64,000 nucleotides of DNA from Harriotta raleighana (Eukaryota): contig JBNZDD010013714.1 of the NCBI GenBank assembly GCA_050575255.1, forward strand, positions 1,777,613-1,841,612. The letters are read 5' to 3'. The notes beneath the pieces were generated by a model. It searched no databases. It was not told the DNA's origin and was given only the letters and a program-made list of their open reading frames with translations. Below, piece after piece: positions 22,581 through 36,193 of this stretch. The translations under genes and the position numbers were made by a program. Every line of letters begins with the position of its first letter. The stretch's first letter is position 1.

Positions 22581-25500
22581 TTATACTGCGGATGCCAGGG
22601 CTAAAAATATATTAGTAACATGAATTGGCAAATACCAATTTAATCAGGCAACGAGATTACATCATGCCAACCCACACAGATTCTTCTTTGACACGGCCAA
22701 ATTCCTGGACATGTAAAGGAGAGTTTCACAGTTTTCCGTAGAGTACAAACACACATCTGGTTTTGGCAGGAGTTGTTGTTTGTGGTATCCTGTTATAAAT
22801 ATTGTGTTTTCACCCCTGATATGTTTGATGGACCAGATTGACTAGTGGTTGATGGATAATAAATCCTTGTATGGCTCTGGCTGCACCACATGAGCACCAT
22901 GTAATCATGGCCAGGATGTGCCAGTTCCTGTTCTATTGATATAGGACAATAGTTTTTTTAAATTCTCTTTTCGAACTTCACCCAGAGATTAGAGGGCTGG
23001 TGAATGAAGTATCATGCAACAGCAGTGGGGAATACATTTTAAAAAGGACATCGATGGCTTAGAAAAATGAAATTTTGTGGTGCTGACGTATTTTTATGTT
23101 AAGAATATTTGCGTTTGACTCCTAAGCGGAGGCATAAACACCAAATATAATCCCAGATCCAAATGGAGTATGAAGAGGCTATTAATTCCTTCAAGCACAT
23201 CCATAGGAATGAACATTGAACTGGTGAATCAGCTGATGTCCTTGTAACACAGATTGGATTTGTACTTATCTGGATTGATTCTACTAACTAATGTTCCATT
23301 TCAGATTCTGGAAGAAAATAGGTGAATTTTTCTCTGATTTTACTGTATTTCTTTGTGTTTATCAACAGGTTGTATTTATAGAGTACATTTGTTTTAGGAT
23401 ACCAAAGTGCTTTACAGAGACAGCAAGTACGTGAAAGAATTTGAACATTGTTTTGGTTATCTCCTGTGCGTTGCACTGTATCCTAAAATGCAGTGCTACT
23501 GTAGCGTAGCTACACCCTTAGCGGATGTACTGGTCCATGTGACAGTGGAATGCTGCTCCAGCAGTTTGTATGTACCAGGGAAAAGTCACTCGTAACTTAT
23601 AGAACCATATCCCAGCCAGATCAACACCTATAGGAGAGAAGAAAATTGGCTGTGATGAGTGACTTGCACTGCTGTACTTATCAGTTTGAATGCAGAGGAA
23701 ATTTAACCCTATTTTTTCTTAAACGTGAGCATTTTCAACCCATGTTCCACTTTAGATACCGAATGACTTGATTCTTTTGATTTCCTTTTTGTAACTATAA
23801 AGCTTCTTGAGAAGTCTTCAGCAGGTTTTTGTTAGAACTTCAGTCATCTACAAATAAAAGCTCAGAATCTTAGCCTGCAATCAGCACGTATTAACCTGTG
23901 TTAGGTGGCACACTGTTATTTTGCACTTTGTGTGTGGGTACCTTGGTAATCAGGAATTTGTGACCGAAGCCTAGCTTTTTCTCTCCCAACTGTTTCCTTG
24001 TCCTAATTTGTGATGCCTGCAACAACGTTGTTCTAGTGATTCTGTCAATCGCATGTATTGTGTAGAATGTCTTAGTCTGCAGTTAAGATGGATTACACAA
24101 CCTACATGAGCAACCATTGCTGAATGATTAGAACTGCAAAGTAGGCCGAGAATCCAAGTATCCAGATATTCATAGAGCTGGCTGCTAACTCTAAAAAAAA
24201 AATTATATTAAAAAAGGCTTTCACTCTTATATCTGTGTATACGGTGTTGCTTATTTAGAGCCTGCATGTTTGCCTGATCTAAATTTGCCCCTTTTATTCA
24301 ACTGTCATGTTTTAATGGATGTCCAATTTGTTAGTGGCCTGTAATTAGGTCTTCACCATATGGTTATATTCTGGTGTCCCAGCAGGGCAAAGCTGACCTA
24401 TTCCCTGGTGTTTGAAAAGGATATAAATCTTCGAAAGGACAATTGCAATGAAGTTCTTGGCTGCCTGTGAAGGGTTTGTAGGAATCGTCTGATCCAATTC
24501 TTCCTCCAGGAGAATAATTAGCATGGCCAGGAGACACCTGATCATTCAGACGCCAGGATACAGAAACTGCTAAATCAGGGCCTTCTCTGAGAGATGGATG
24601 GAACCTGCACCTCTCCAATCTCATTGTGCTATATGACTTGAAAGTTTCGATATAACACCACTAATTTTAAAAAATTGTACATCAGATCTAGCATTGGTTA
24701 AGCAGTGAATGTGAATGCACAGTTGCTGTCAGATCTTTCGTAGCTTTTTCGAAGCACCCTCGAGAATTTCCCATTAATATTAACCTGACCATTTATTTAC
24801 ATGGGGTTTATAAGGCTAGGCACTTTTGAAATATACGTAAGCTCTTGCCCATGTCTCATGAACTGTCCTGTTGCTGCACAAACACAGACCTTTGGAGTTA
24901 GATTTTAGTTGTGATTGAAAAGTTGATTCAGTAAAGTTAATTTCATCCGCAGATATTAGTTTTTCAGCTTTGATTGGGAGAGAATGATTGAGAGAATGTA
25001 AACCATGTGGACTCCTTAGGAGTTCTCTAAGAATTCAATAGTGTTCTGCTTTTCCAATCTCAATTTTATGAAATACTTATCTATTTGGCATAAGGAAGAG
25101 TCAAGTACAGTAGGCAGCAACATCAACAGTGATTGACTTCACTTGTTTTCGCTCACTGCAGCCACAACTGTTGGCAATGACAAATATTTTGTGTCCTTGG
25201 GAGACTTCTGAATCCAGTCACAGCTTTTGACATGCATCTGGTTGTAACACTAATCACTTCAGATCAGTGGTAGAAGTGGATAATGTAAACTATTAGCAGT
25301 AAGTCATCAGGCGTTCTGATGCGAGCTGACAGGCCTTTGTTCATTGACTTTTTCCTGGAGTGGGTGAGAAGGTGGGGTATCTAGCAGGGTTATCCAGCCT
25401 GAGGGACATCTGGAAAGTGATGAGGAAATAACTATATTTCCGGGGGGTGGAGGAGGAGAAAACTGACATGTGGTCAAGTCAAAATGAGATATGGGCAAAT

Positions 25501-25852
25501 AATTGTCTCTAGAGGTGGGTTTATGATTTATTTGAAGAGATATTCATGGACCACTGAACCAGTTTGCTGGAATGATGGTTAAACTCATTTATTTGTTTTA
25601 TTGCGTTTTTCTCTGGCTGCTTTTTAGGGTTTTTTTTTGTGTGTGAATGATGGTGCCTGTTGTTTAAACAAGATAAACAATTGAAGGCTTTCCTTCCAGA
25701 ACACCAATAATGATAGTCTTTGAGAAAAACTATTCTGAGTATTTTGAACTGTAACAAATTACTCATCCCAAAAAGTGAATTAAAATTTGTTGTACTGGGT
25801 TCCAATATTTGTTCATCCAGTGAATAATGTAATCAACATATAAGGATATATT

Positions 25853-25970
25853 TAGGAACACTCAGTAGGTCAGGCTGCATCTATGGAGAAAGTAAAAGTG
25901 AGTCAACATTTCAGGTCCACGACCCTTCATCAGTTTTCAGAAAAGTTTCAGCACTATTTTGCGTTTTTGT
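25853..25970 (-). mobile_element. Penelope-like terminal fragment with hammerhead core
   Basis: The minus strand reads CTGATGA-A-GGGTC-GTG-GACCT-GAAA-TGTT-GACT (25901-25933). A short piece in opposite orientation is adjacent. Confidence 0.6.
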
Positions 25971-27842
25971 TAAGGATATGTTTAGTTGTTCTACTGTAAA
26001 ATTGGCAATGTCAATATTGGTAACCTGCTATGATTTAAACATTACAGTTTGAGTGTAATCATTTTCGCTAGCAAAAAAAATTGCTGTCCAAAAAATTCAA
26101 TTTGCTGCTTGCATAGCGGACCTTTCCTATGTTATTAATTTGTAATATCTCAGCTCTGATGTTCCCAATCGAGGAGAGGAGGGAGGAGATGTTTTATTTT
26201 GTCTGATGCATGTCTCCCATTTTGTCCAGGTGATTGTATAAACTGCACACAAAGTGGTGCATTTTGATCTCTTGATCACTAGCTTGTGAGCATAAACCAC
26301 GCTCTAAATGACACACAAATGTTAAATACAAACCAGATAGACATTTGAGTGGGAGGTAATTGCACGTTATTCCGGAATACATGCTGAGATAACCGGGTTC
26401 TATGCATGAAGCACAGCTATATTACTTGCACAGTTTTGTTACTTCTCTGCAGTCCTTTGCAGCACATTGTTTAAAATCTGACTCCTTCCCCCCCCCACCA
26501 CCCATTGTTGGGATTGCATTAGTTTCAGGTTATGTAGCTTCAATATGTGAAATGCAGTGAAGTGAATGCAATGTGACTGCTATTCAAAGTATCAATGTGT
26601 AAAAGTACTTTAGTATGAATCATTTGATTGAACTGTCTACCGCTATCCACTCAGGTACCCACAAGCAGAAAGATGGAAAGGGAGGAGGGGACTCTTTGAG
26701 AAGAAAACAAAGTCCTCTTGTGTATTGCATTCACCCACAACATAGTCCACTTTGCAGTACATCTTGTGAAATGCTTTGAGGGGTTTCAATTATGTGATGT
26801 AGCATTTCATTTAAATAAGGATGATTATAGATAAAATAGCTTGAGTAGCATCTTGCCATTCGGATGTTGTTATTAAACACTTTGAGCTTTCTCTTTACAG
26901 TTTGATAATAATAAATAATAATAATCCTTGCCTTTGATATAGTGCCTGATCAAGTCGTTGAGTCGTCTCAACGCGCTTCACAGAACATATTGTAAAGTGA
27001 ATTTACTGTATTTTCCTTGGTTGTCATTCGTATTTTTGCAGCTTAAAAAATTGTTTGTGAAGTAGAGAAAAAAATGATTAGTCTCTTTTATAGTGGACCG
27101 TTTCTAGTGGAACTAAAGGGATGTTTGCTCTAAAAGTGGATTTCTTGTGCAATATAGAAATTAGAATCATTTGTAGCATTTGAACATTTAAAACTCTTCG
27201 GGTTCTTTGTTTGTATTATGTACTAAGTACTAAATAGGTATTTGATTTGGAAAACCCTTTTCATGTTTAGAGCCTTATAGTTTACTTTGCTGCATAGATG
27301 GAACTGATGGTATTGATAACCAGACTGATAATTCATCCTCTTAGTGTTAACTTAAGTTTTTATTTGGAGAGAGGGCGGGGGCGGCTGAAGTTACAGATGT
27401 TTCTTAGCCTGGAAGAAGAAAGAATTGGAGAGTGCATGGTGTGGTGAGATGTAGAAGGAAGGAAAATAGAAGGAAATTTAAACAGAATTCCCAGAAAATA
27501 ACTGAGTTTGGCAGATTGAATCTGTTTCGGATTGAACATGCCGTTCAGGCTATTCTGATGTATAATTGTTTTTATACAGTTTTATTGGACCTACATACCA
27601 TCACTGTCAAACACACTTTTTTTTCTATTAAATATGATTCTCTTCACCTTATCTATTACTAATGATGAGCCCAGATACACATTTTAATTTGTTCTGAAAA
27701 TTATCTCACAGACACTGCAACTTTACAAAATCTGGAGTCAAAATTAGCTTTCTCTAATTGAATTTAACTTTCTAATACAATACAATAACAACTTACATTT
27801 GTATAGCTTCTTTCATGTTACAAGGATATCTCGAGGGTCTGG

Positions 27843-28144
27843 ATAATAATAATAATCCTTGCATTTGATGTAGCGTTTTTCACATCTTCTAAACGTTTCA
27901 AAGCGCTTCATAGAATATACTGTAAAGTGAATTGACTGTGTATATTGTGGGCGACACGCGGCAGCCAATTGCGCATAGAGGTATCCCACAAACAATCATG
28001 GATTGAGATGACCAATTTCTTATTGTTTATTTTTGGAGAGATTATTATCAGGCATGTGGAGTAAGGATACTTGCCCAAGGTTTCGTGCCGCCTGGAATTG
28101 AACCGCTCGCAAGGCAAGTGTTCTAACCACTGAACTACAGAACT
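27843..28144 (-). mobile_element. tRNA-derived SINE, near full length (short subfamily)
   Basis: tRNA-like head with A-box TAGTTCAGTGGTTAGAAC and B-box GGTTCAATTCC, body, stem-loop tail and (TTA)n. Confidence 0.85.
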
Positions 28145-30171
28145 TGTCAGGGATTTGAACTGGGTGGGTGGGAGGCTGCCTAGTCTGCTTCCAGTTTTCC
28201 ACCTTCCAAATTGATTAACCATTGATTGCAGAGATGGGTTGCAACAATCTGTCTCTAGAATTCTCTTGCCTATCAATCAATCAATCAATCAAAATTATAT
28301 TTATATAGCGCTTTTCACGTCGGGAGGACATCCGAAGGCGCTATATAGTCAAGTAGGGATCAGAGCAGGGAAGGGAGGAAAGTAGGAAACATTGACTGCA
28401 TATTTGTGGGCGAAAACCCGGCAGCCAAATTGCACACAGCAATGTCCCAAAAACAGTCATAGAAGTGAGGTTAGGGGAGAAAGGGGGGAAAGATGGCAAG
28501 GGGATGGATGCAATGCATGGAATTCTCAGCTTGGTTTGGATACTCTTAAGCAAGGTTTCCACATGTGTCAGATACCCAGCTGACCCCCTCAAAAATTGAT
28601 TGCTTGTTTACGTAAAGTTGCTGCCTCGAGGCAACTGGACTCTTTCCAGCAGTTTGCTTGGACAAGTGCCCAGATGAGTAAGCTGATCACACAAAACTGT
28701 AACTGGCTTCAGTAATTAAATCTCACTGTTCAAAACACAGCTGATGAATACATTCCTATCAGTCCCTTCCATTGCCCTTTTTCTAGTCCACAGTACAAAC
28801 ACACGGTGAAGAGTTACATTCCTCATAAATTTAGCAGCATTGTTGATGATTATGTTGATGATCATTGTTGATGCCACACTTTCCCTGACAAATCGCTTCG
28901 ATGAGAGTTTCATCGAGATTACTTTGGGACGTCCTCCCGATGTGAAAGGCGCTATACAAGTGTAATTTTGTTGTTGTTGTTGTTGGGACAAACTGATGAA
29001 TTGAAACCTGAAGCATATGAGGTTGGCTAGCAAACTTCAGCATGTCCAGCTGCCACTTGCCAACTCTGGATCACATCTCCCAAAAACTATGGGAAAGACT
29101 TCTGCTTCGCCGACCCCCGTGTTTAAGTAAAAGATAATGCGACTCAAAATATAATATTCTTGAACCAGGGTCTTCTTAATGATTCGTTAAGTAAGGCTAC
29201 AATGTATGTTAAGAAGGATTCAGCTCACAGATTGCAGATTCTTACCCTGTACAAGATGCAACCGCAGTTCATTACCTGCTAATTCCTCTACATTAGATAC
29301 ACAGTTGAAATCAAGGGATGAAATTTTTTTTTGTACATTTCCTGCAGAGTTTATCCTAAACCATGATTTAGAAACTGTTGGTTTGTTTTTCTGTTTCAGC
29401 TGATTTCATGGAAATAATTGCGTCATCTCTGTGGAATCTACCCCATGCTAAGTTTCAAAATGCTGTGTAAAACAAACACAAAAACTTTAACATGGTGCTA
29501 AATTCTGTTTGGTGTTGCAGATAGCATTTTTAACATGGGCACTGCCACCCTAGAAATAGCCATCAGCCCTATCCAGTCAATGAGTTCAAAATGATGGCCA
29601 TCTGGTCGGTTATGAATTAAAAGTGGAAGTCAAAATCTTATCGACCCCGAGGCTTTAGTCATTAGTTGAGCTCTGCTTAATGCCAGATTATAGTTTGGCC
29701 CCATCTATTAATGAATCGGATATGCACCTATATAAAGACAGTGAGTGCTCAGCAAGGCTAAGATGAACAATTAATGGGTCTATTGTACAAGTCTTGGCAC
29801 TTACTGAAAGTTTCATACATCTGTATTAGGATTGCCTCTCATTTGTGTTTTTTGTGAAAAAAAATAGTAATTGAAAATGGGTGTTTGATGCATTACAGGT
29901 GAAATCTGAAGTGTTTACTTGACTGTAGCTACCATTTCTTTTGGATTCATATTGGCTTCAGTGTTTTTGACTTGATAACTTTGCGATCTATCCTTTTTTC
30001 AGAGAGTGTGATTTATATGGATTCTCTGTTAATGAAGAAATATAAAATTAATTTGAGATTTTTTATTATGTGGATAGTCCCATCTTTGCATTGATTGCAC
30101 AAATGAATATGTCCCTGGTATAAAGAGCATATTGTAAATTGTATCAGATGGTAATCGCATATAATGGTGGA

Positions 30172-30462
30172 ATCTTGTAGGTTAGTGGTTAGAGCAGTCG
30201 CCTTACAAGCGAGAGACCTGGGTTCTCTTCCAGGCAGGGCGAAACCTTGGTCAAATTTCCTAAATCCACATGCCTGATAATAATCCCTCAAGGAAATAAA
30301 ACAATAATAAATTGGTCATTTCAATCCACGACTCTTTGTGGCATACTGCTGTGTGCAATTGTCTGCTGCATTTTGCCCACAAATATACAGTAAATTCACT
30401 TTACAGCATATTTATTTAGATGTGAAAAGCGCCATGTAAAAAATGCAAAGATTATTATTATT
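30172..30462 (+). mobile_element. tRNA-derived SINE (short subfamily)
   Basis: Head TGTAGGTTAGTGGTTAGAGCAGTCGCCTTACAAGCGAGAGACCTGGGTTC and (ATT)n tail. Confidence 0.85.
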
Positions 30463-30849
30463 CACATCTGTGTGTATATGTGCAAACGTGGCTTGTTTCC
30501 ATTTAAACCTTACTAATGTTTCTGGCTCAAGCTTTAACGCGATTATTTTTCAAGCTTACCCAAAACCAGTTTCTGTCATTTACAGGAAGGAAATTGTAGA
30601 ATTCGTATGCTCTATAATTTCGAAAAATCAATTGTGGTAAATTGAACCACCTGTAAGAAATGTTTTATGTGACTCGATGAACATGCATTTAAGGTGACAT
30701 CATGCAATTAAGCAGCCAAACGTTTTGTGGAAAGTTATTGCAAGAGTTTAGCTTGGAGTGAAATGGTGAAACTAAACGGAAATTATAATTTTAGTGCCTT
30801 GCGTCTATTCTTGATTTTGGTGTATCTTGTACACTGATATATTAATTGA

Positions 30850-31058
30850 GGTTTGGGATTTTCAACACCCACCTTAACTGGCAGATGAGAGCTTGGTTTA
30901 ACGTCTCATCCAAACCATGGTACCTTCGACAATGCAATATACTCCCAACGCTGAATTGGGGTGTTGGCTTGGACTTTGTGATTCCAAGTTCTGATATGAG
31001 GTTTGAACCCATTACCTTTTGACTCAACGGTAAGGATGCTACCACTGCACCAGGCTGA
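30850..31058 (-). mobile_element. Deu-domain-type SINE, 5' part
   Basis: The reverse strand has a tRNA-like head and GGGAGTATATTGCATTGTCGAAGGTACC...GGATGAGACGTTAAACC. Confidence 0.65.
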
Positions 31059-32397
31059 CCAACGAATATATACTGTATGCCAATATATTGGGTTAATATG
31101 AAGTCTTCACAGCACATCTGATTTCAGTTCTTGCATATTTACTGTTTGATATTACTATAGAAGAATTTGCTGACAAAATGATTTTTTTTTAAATGTGTGA
31201 AAATTCAGAAGTAGTTTATTTATAAGTATCACAGCACTGTTACCACATACAAAAATAAAAGTTTATTTTATCTTAAATAAATTATCTGATGGATTTTCTT
31301 CCATCAATTATTTAGAAACAGACATTATGCTCGGTGAAGTACTCTAGCAGGAGAAAAATTCACATCATGCTGTGAATATTTGGGTGGGCACTTTTCTTTC
31401 TCCTCTCTATCTTTCAGTGGCGACTCAAACCAAAGTTCATCATATGAGTTGAGGACTTGCAAGGGCAAAGATTCTTGTAGGATTCTGAGAGGTAATGTCA
31501 GTTTCTAAAGATATGTGGAAGAAAGTTAAGTATTTTAACCACCCCAAGTATGAGCTGGAATGATACAATTTAGAGTTTTTTTTAGTAGTCACTTCATGCC
31601 TAGTTTATGGTAAATTGGCATATAGGCTTTTAAATCACAGACAATGAGAATTTTGTATATGTTCTCAGTTCTCAATGTACTCTTCCCTGCATGACCAAGC
31701 CTTGCTTCCTTTTCCTTTTTGATCGTGCCTTTTGCCGCCCTCCCACCTCTCTCCGTCCCCTCCTCACTACCCTTTAGGTTTTCTGTTTGTGTCATTATAA
31801 TTTTGCAGTTGCAAATTTGCCACATTTTTGTTTCGGATTTCTTGTTGTTAAAAGATTTTGTCTCAAGGTCACTATTTCAACCACTCTTTGACAGTTATCA
31901 AATCTCAGATTAAGATTATGTTGAATTATGTAGGTTATTATTCTGAAGACTCAAATTGAGAAAGAGATGAGGAAGATTTTTCCCCTCAAGCTAGTGGATG
32001 TATGGAAACAGACCATTTGACCTCGACAATGAGCTAAACTACAGTGCCTGGATTTGACTAACAAACTCAAAACGATTGAGATTAGCAGAACTGTTTTCCC
32101 TCTCAGCATAGCGCATACGTGGAACAGATACCCCCGAAAAAAAAGTTGGTGGTTTATTGATTAACTCCCTTCAAAAATGAAATGGAACAAGGTTTGTTTA
32201 AAATCCATACTGTACAATGTAGTGGTTGGTGCAGATTAATGTGAATGAATCTTTGTGAAACTATTTATTTCTGTAATCCAGCAGGGGCTGGAAAGAACGG
32301 TCATTTTATCACTGCAGAGCACTGGTAAATTAGTTGCAGAGCTAGCAGCATTCTACCCATTAGGGCTTTGGCTTTGCGCGTTATTACCTGCAAAAGC

Positions 32398-32500
32398 ATG
32401 GAAAGAATCCCAATTCCTGGGTTTGCTCGTCCAAGTCCTGCCAGTGAGCCAGGCTGGCAAGTCTATAATCAACAGTTTCCTGGAGCACTGCACCCTGCAG
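32398..32500 (+). CDS. Candidate alternative ZNRF1 coding exon (putative)
   Basis: ATG in a strong Kozak context (AGCATGG), 34 codons MERIPIPGFARPSPASEPGWQVYNQQFPGALHPA plus G, then CAG|GTATTG. Phase 1 matches the acceptor phase of the RING exon. Confidence 0.4.
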
Positions 32501-33136
32501 GTATTGGGCTCGGGAGACAACCACAGAGTCAATTTTATTCTTGTCTTCCAATTAGCAGGGATGTCGACGGGAGCCAATTTAGCCCCTAAAAGAAATATAA
32601 TTATGGTTTGTCACTTCACAATTGTGATCATCCAGTTGGGATCATCCACATAGTTTTGAGAGCAGTGTTTTGTGAGAGATTCTACAGCGTGCACTGATTT
32701 AAGAGCACTTTATTGCTTAAAAAAGGGTCCAATCCTGAGTGTTTCAAGGTTAAATAAACTGCTGTCTGCAATGATGTCAAAGGACTGATTGCGGATCTTC
32801 TGGTGTTCCAGGCAAGGGATGTCAACATTCGTTCACTAATGTTGTCAGTATGACATTTTAGATTTATAAGTCTCAGAATAAAGCCAGAGAATTTTTTTAA
32901 ATTCTGGCAATCTCAACTTCATATAAAATATACTCTTCAGTCTGTGGTCTCTGGAGATCAAAATGCCACTCCAAGAGAACGAAGATTACAGCTGTTTTCC
33001 TTAGTCCATATTATACACATCCCTGTCCTGTGTAAGAGTAGACTTGACAGTACATTTCAAAGTTTAACTTTCCACACTGATTAATTTCCAATGAACTTTC
33101 AGTTACATTCTAATATTGGCCCTTGATGCACGACTC

Positions 33137-33416
33137 AATAATAATAATCATTGCATTTGATATAGTGCTTTTCACGGCTTCTAGAAAACTCAAAGTGCTT
33201 CACGGAATATACTGTAAAGTGAATTGACTGTATATTTGTGGGTGAAATGCAGCAGCCAATTGCACACAGCAGTGTCCCACAAACAGTCGTGGATTGAAAT
33301 TACCATTTTTTTTTGAGGGATTGTTATCAGGTGTGCCCAAGGGTCACCCTCCCTGGAAATGAACCCAGGTCTCTCACTTGTAAGGCAAGTGCTCAAAACC
33401 ACTGAGCTACAGGACT
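33137..33416 (-). mobile_element. tRNA-derived SINE (short subfamily)
   Basis: Same head, body and tail as the 27843 and 39768 copies. Confidence 0.85.
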
Positions 33417-34073
33417 CCACAAATGAGCAGTACCATCCTCATTACGAAAAAGTTGTGTGACATCATTTTCATTGAAGAGGGAGAAGGAACTGAATATGCC
33501 TGGCCATCTTTATAATGTTTAAATCAAACAACAAAATATAATTGGCTGCCTCGGTTTACCCAGATATATAATCAATTCACTTAATAGTAAATTCCGTGAA
33601 GCGTTTTGAGACACCTCGAAGATGTGATTAGGTGCTATATCGAATACATGAATTAGTATTATTATATTTCCCATTAAATGTTGCATGTCAAAACAAAATA
33701 CTGCTTGAGTGGGTGGCCTGACATGTCTATGTGCTTGACACAACAGCACACAAAATCATCTCTCACCTGTTGAAACTGTTGCAGAACAGGCTGCTTGCAA
33801 ATTGCTGACTGTTTTATTGTTTGTTTGATGGTTTTAAATATGTATACGGTGTAAGAAAGATTTAGTCTTTTAGAAAACCATCATAGAGGGATTTACATGT
33901 TCTGTATTTGGAAAGAAAACATTTATTTAAATTGAGGGGCTCTTTTACACAACTGCAGTTTGTTGAATACTCTATAATAATAATTTATATCATACTGTAT
34001 ACATATTTATATAATAATTGTATCATAATAATATATAATTCATACAATGATAATAATAACTATTATTATACTC

Positions 34074-34650
34074 AGCTTGGCTCAGTTTGGTTTGAAGTAC
34101 TATTGCCTGTTGAGTCAGAACCTTGTGAGTTCAAACCCCCACAACAGGACGTTCTCCATATCTGTGCCATGATTAGTAGTGCCTTCCACCACCTCCACAA
34201 CTCCGCTCATCCACCCATGCTTGGGTCCTGATCCCTGACTATTCATCATCTTGGGATGTCCTCCCGATGTGAAAGGCGCTCTAGAAATATAATTTTGTTG
34301 TTGTTTGTGCTCACAGTCTCAGCTGACACTCTGTTGGTGAGGGAGGGCTGCATTGCAGAAGATGCCATCCTTCGGATGAGAGATTAAGCCTGGCTACCTT
34401 TTTGGGTGAACATTCAAGATCCCATGACACCATTCCAAAGAGAAGGGATTTTTTCTTGGTGTTCTGGCCAACAATTCCCCCTGATAACAAGTTGGGCATT
34501 AATTTTATGGCTTTTTGTGAAACAATTTGTGTGCAAGTTCACTGCCATGCCCACCTACAAATAGTCACTTCCCGTAACACAACTGTGAGGCACTTTGAGA
34601 TGTTTTCACATAAGGCGCAATATCAAATGAAAGGAAGTTTCTTATTATTA
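34074..34650 (+). mobile_element. Deu-domain-type SINE interrupted by an L2 3' end (~34175-34305)
   Basis: Head CTTGGCTCAGTT...TGAGTTCAAACCCCAC, then an L2 tail, then GCTGCATTGCAGAAGATGCCATCCTTCGGATGAGAG...AAGATCCCATGAC. Confidence 0.65.
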
Positions 34651-35412
34651 CTAGTTACTTCTGCGTACTAAAACTGCGTACAACTCCGGTGTTGAGTGTT
34701 CAGTGGAGACTATGAGAACTAAGTGAAAATATGTATTTTCAGACACAATAAATCCCTCCCTTGAGCTGTTAGGCAGTTATTTTCCTTTTGTAGCCTTAAC
34801 TGGCCTCTGATACAAGTTCTTCAACATTCCAGCATTGAGAAAAAAATAGAAACCTAATGGCACTTTGCATTCTAACCCTTTACACACTACAAATGCATTG
34901 CTTCAGATACTAGTATACCATCAACTTCAGCCTTGTGAATTCAAGTCAATCAATCCTTGTAGCTTTCGTCTCAATCAGACTATCACTAATACTGTAATTG
35001 AGCTATAGTTAATATTGCATGATGACTGGCNTATCACTAATACTGTAATTGAGCTATAGTTAATATTGCATGATTGTCCTTACATTTCATCCCAAGTTTC
35101 TTACAAATGCGTAGACAGAATTACATTTGCAGCAAGATCGTGCTTTTTCCCCTTTCTCTCCTCATAATTCTGATACAGAAATCGGTTCCATAACATGTAT
35201 GCCAAAGATTCAATCTTGCTATTTGACCAGAACAAAGCCGCTTTGTAGGACTGGCAGCTGGTGTGCTCTGTGGGGACTTAGTATTTCCAAAAGGTTGTTG
35301 AATGTATACAGTTCTGCACTTTATTATACTCTTTTGAGTAAATTAAAAGCTCATTTAATGGCTCACTACATGTAGGCACTTCCACTTTATTGGAATAAAA
35401 TGGAATTGTGGT

Positions 35413-36193
35413 GTCCTGTATCTCAATGGTTAGAACACTCGCTTCAGAAGCGAGAGACGTGGGTACTATTCCCGGTAGGGTAAAATGTTGGGCAAGTTTC
35501 CTTAATCCACACCCCTCTGTTTACCTAGCAGTTAGCAGGAATCTGGTTGTTAGTCAACAACAACTTCGATTTATATAGGGCCCTCCACGCCGGGTGGCGT
35601 CTCAGAGCGCTTCACAATAACGGATCCCGGGACTGAGCCAGGGGCAGGGGCAGAAAGATGACCAAAAGCGCGGTCGAAGAGAAAGGTCTTCAGCTGTGAC
35701 CTGAAACTGGGAAGAGAGGGGACGAGGCGAAGGGAGTAAGGAAGGGAGTTTCAGAGCCTCAGGGCGTAGTGACTGAAGGCACGGCCGCCGAGGGTGGGGC
35801 GGAGGATTCGGAGGACATGGAGGAGGCCAGACCCAGAGGAACGAAGGCAGCGGGTGCTGGTTTGGGAGGAGAGGAGATCAGAGAGATAAGGGGGTGCAGA
35901 GGAGTGGAGGGATTTGAAAACAAGGGTGAGGATCTTGAAGTTGATCCTCTCTGGGATAGGGAGCCAGTGAAGTCTGGCGATTGGCGGATCGCTTTTCCGG
36001 GGATAATAATGCTTGAAGCAAAAAAATAGATTTGGTCAGTCAATCCACGACAGTTTGTGGGACACTGCTGTGCACAATTGGCTGCCATGTTTCGCCCACA
36101 AATATACAGTCAATTCACTTTTTAGTTTATTCTGTGAAGCACTTTGAGAAGGCGTGAGGAGCACTACATCAAATGCATTAGGATTATTATTAT
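35413..36193 (+). mobile_element. tRNA-derived SINE (long subfamily) with antisense L2 insertion at 35557-35979
   Basis: The SINE is split at GTTAGTCA^ATTGGCGG compared with the intact 38945 copy. The insert has an L2 3' end and a (CAA)n tail. Confidence 0.85.

Noticed and set aside
34981-35074. 43-bp duplication around N at 35031
   Set aside because: Same single-N overlap artefact.
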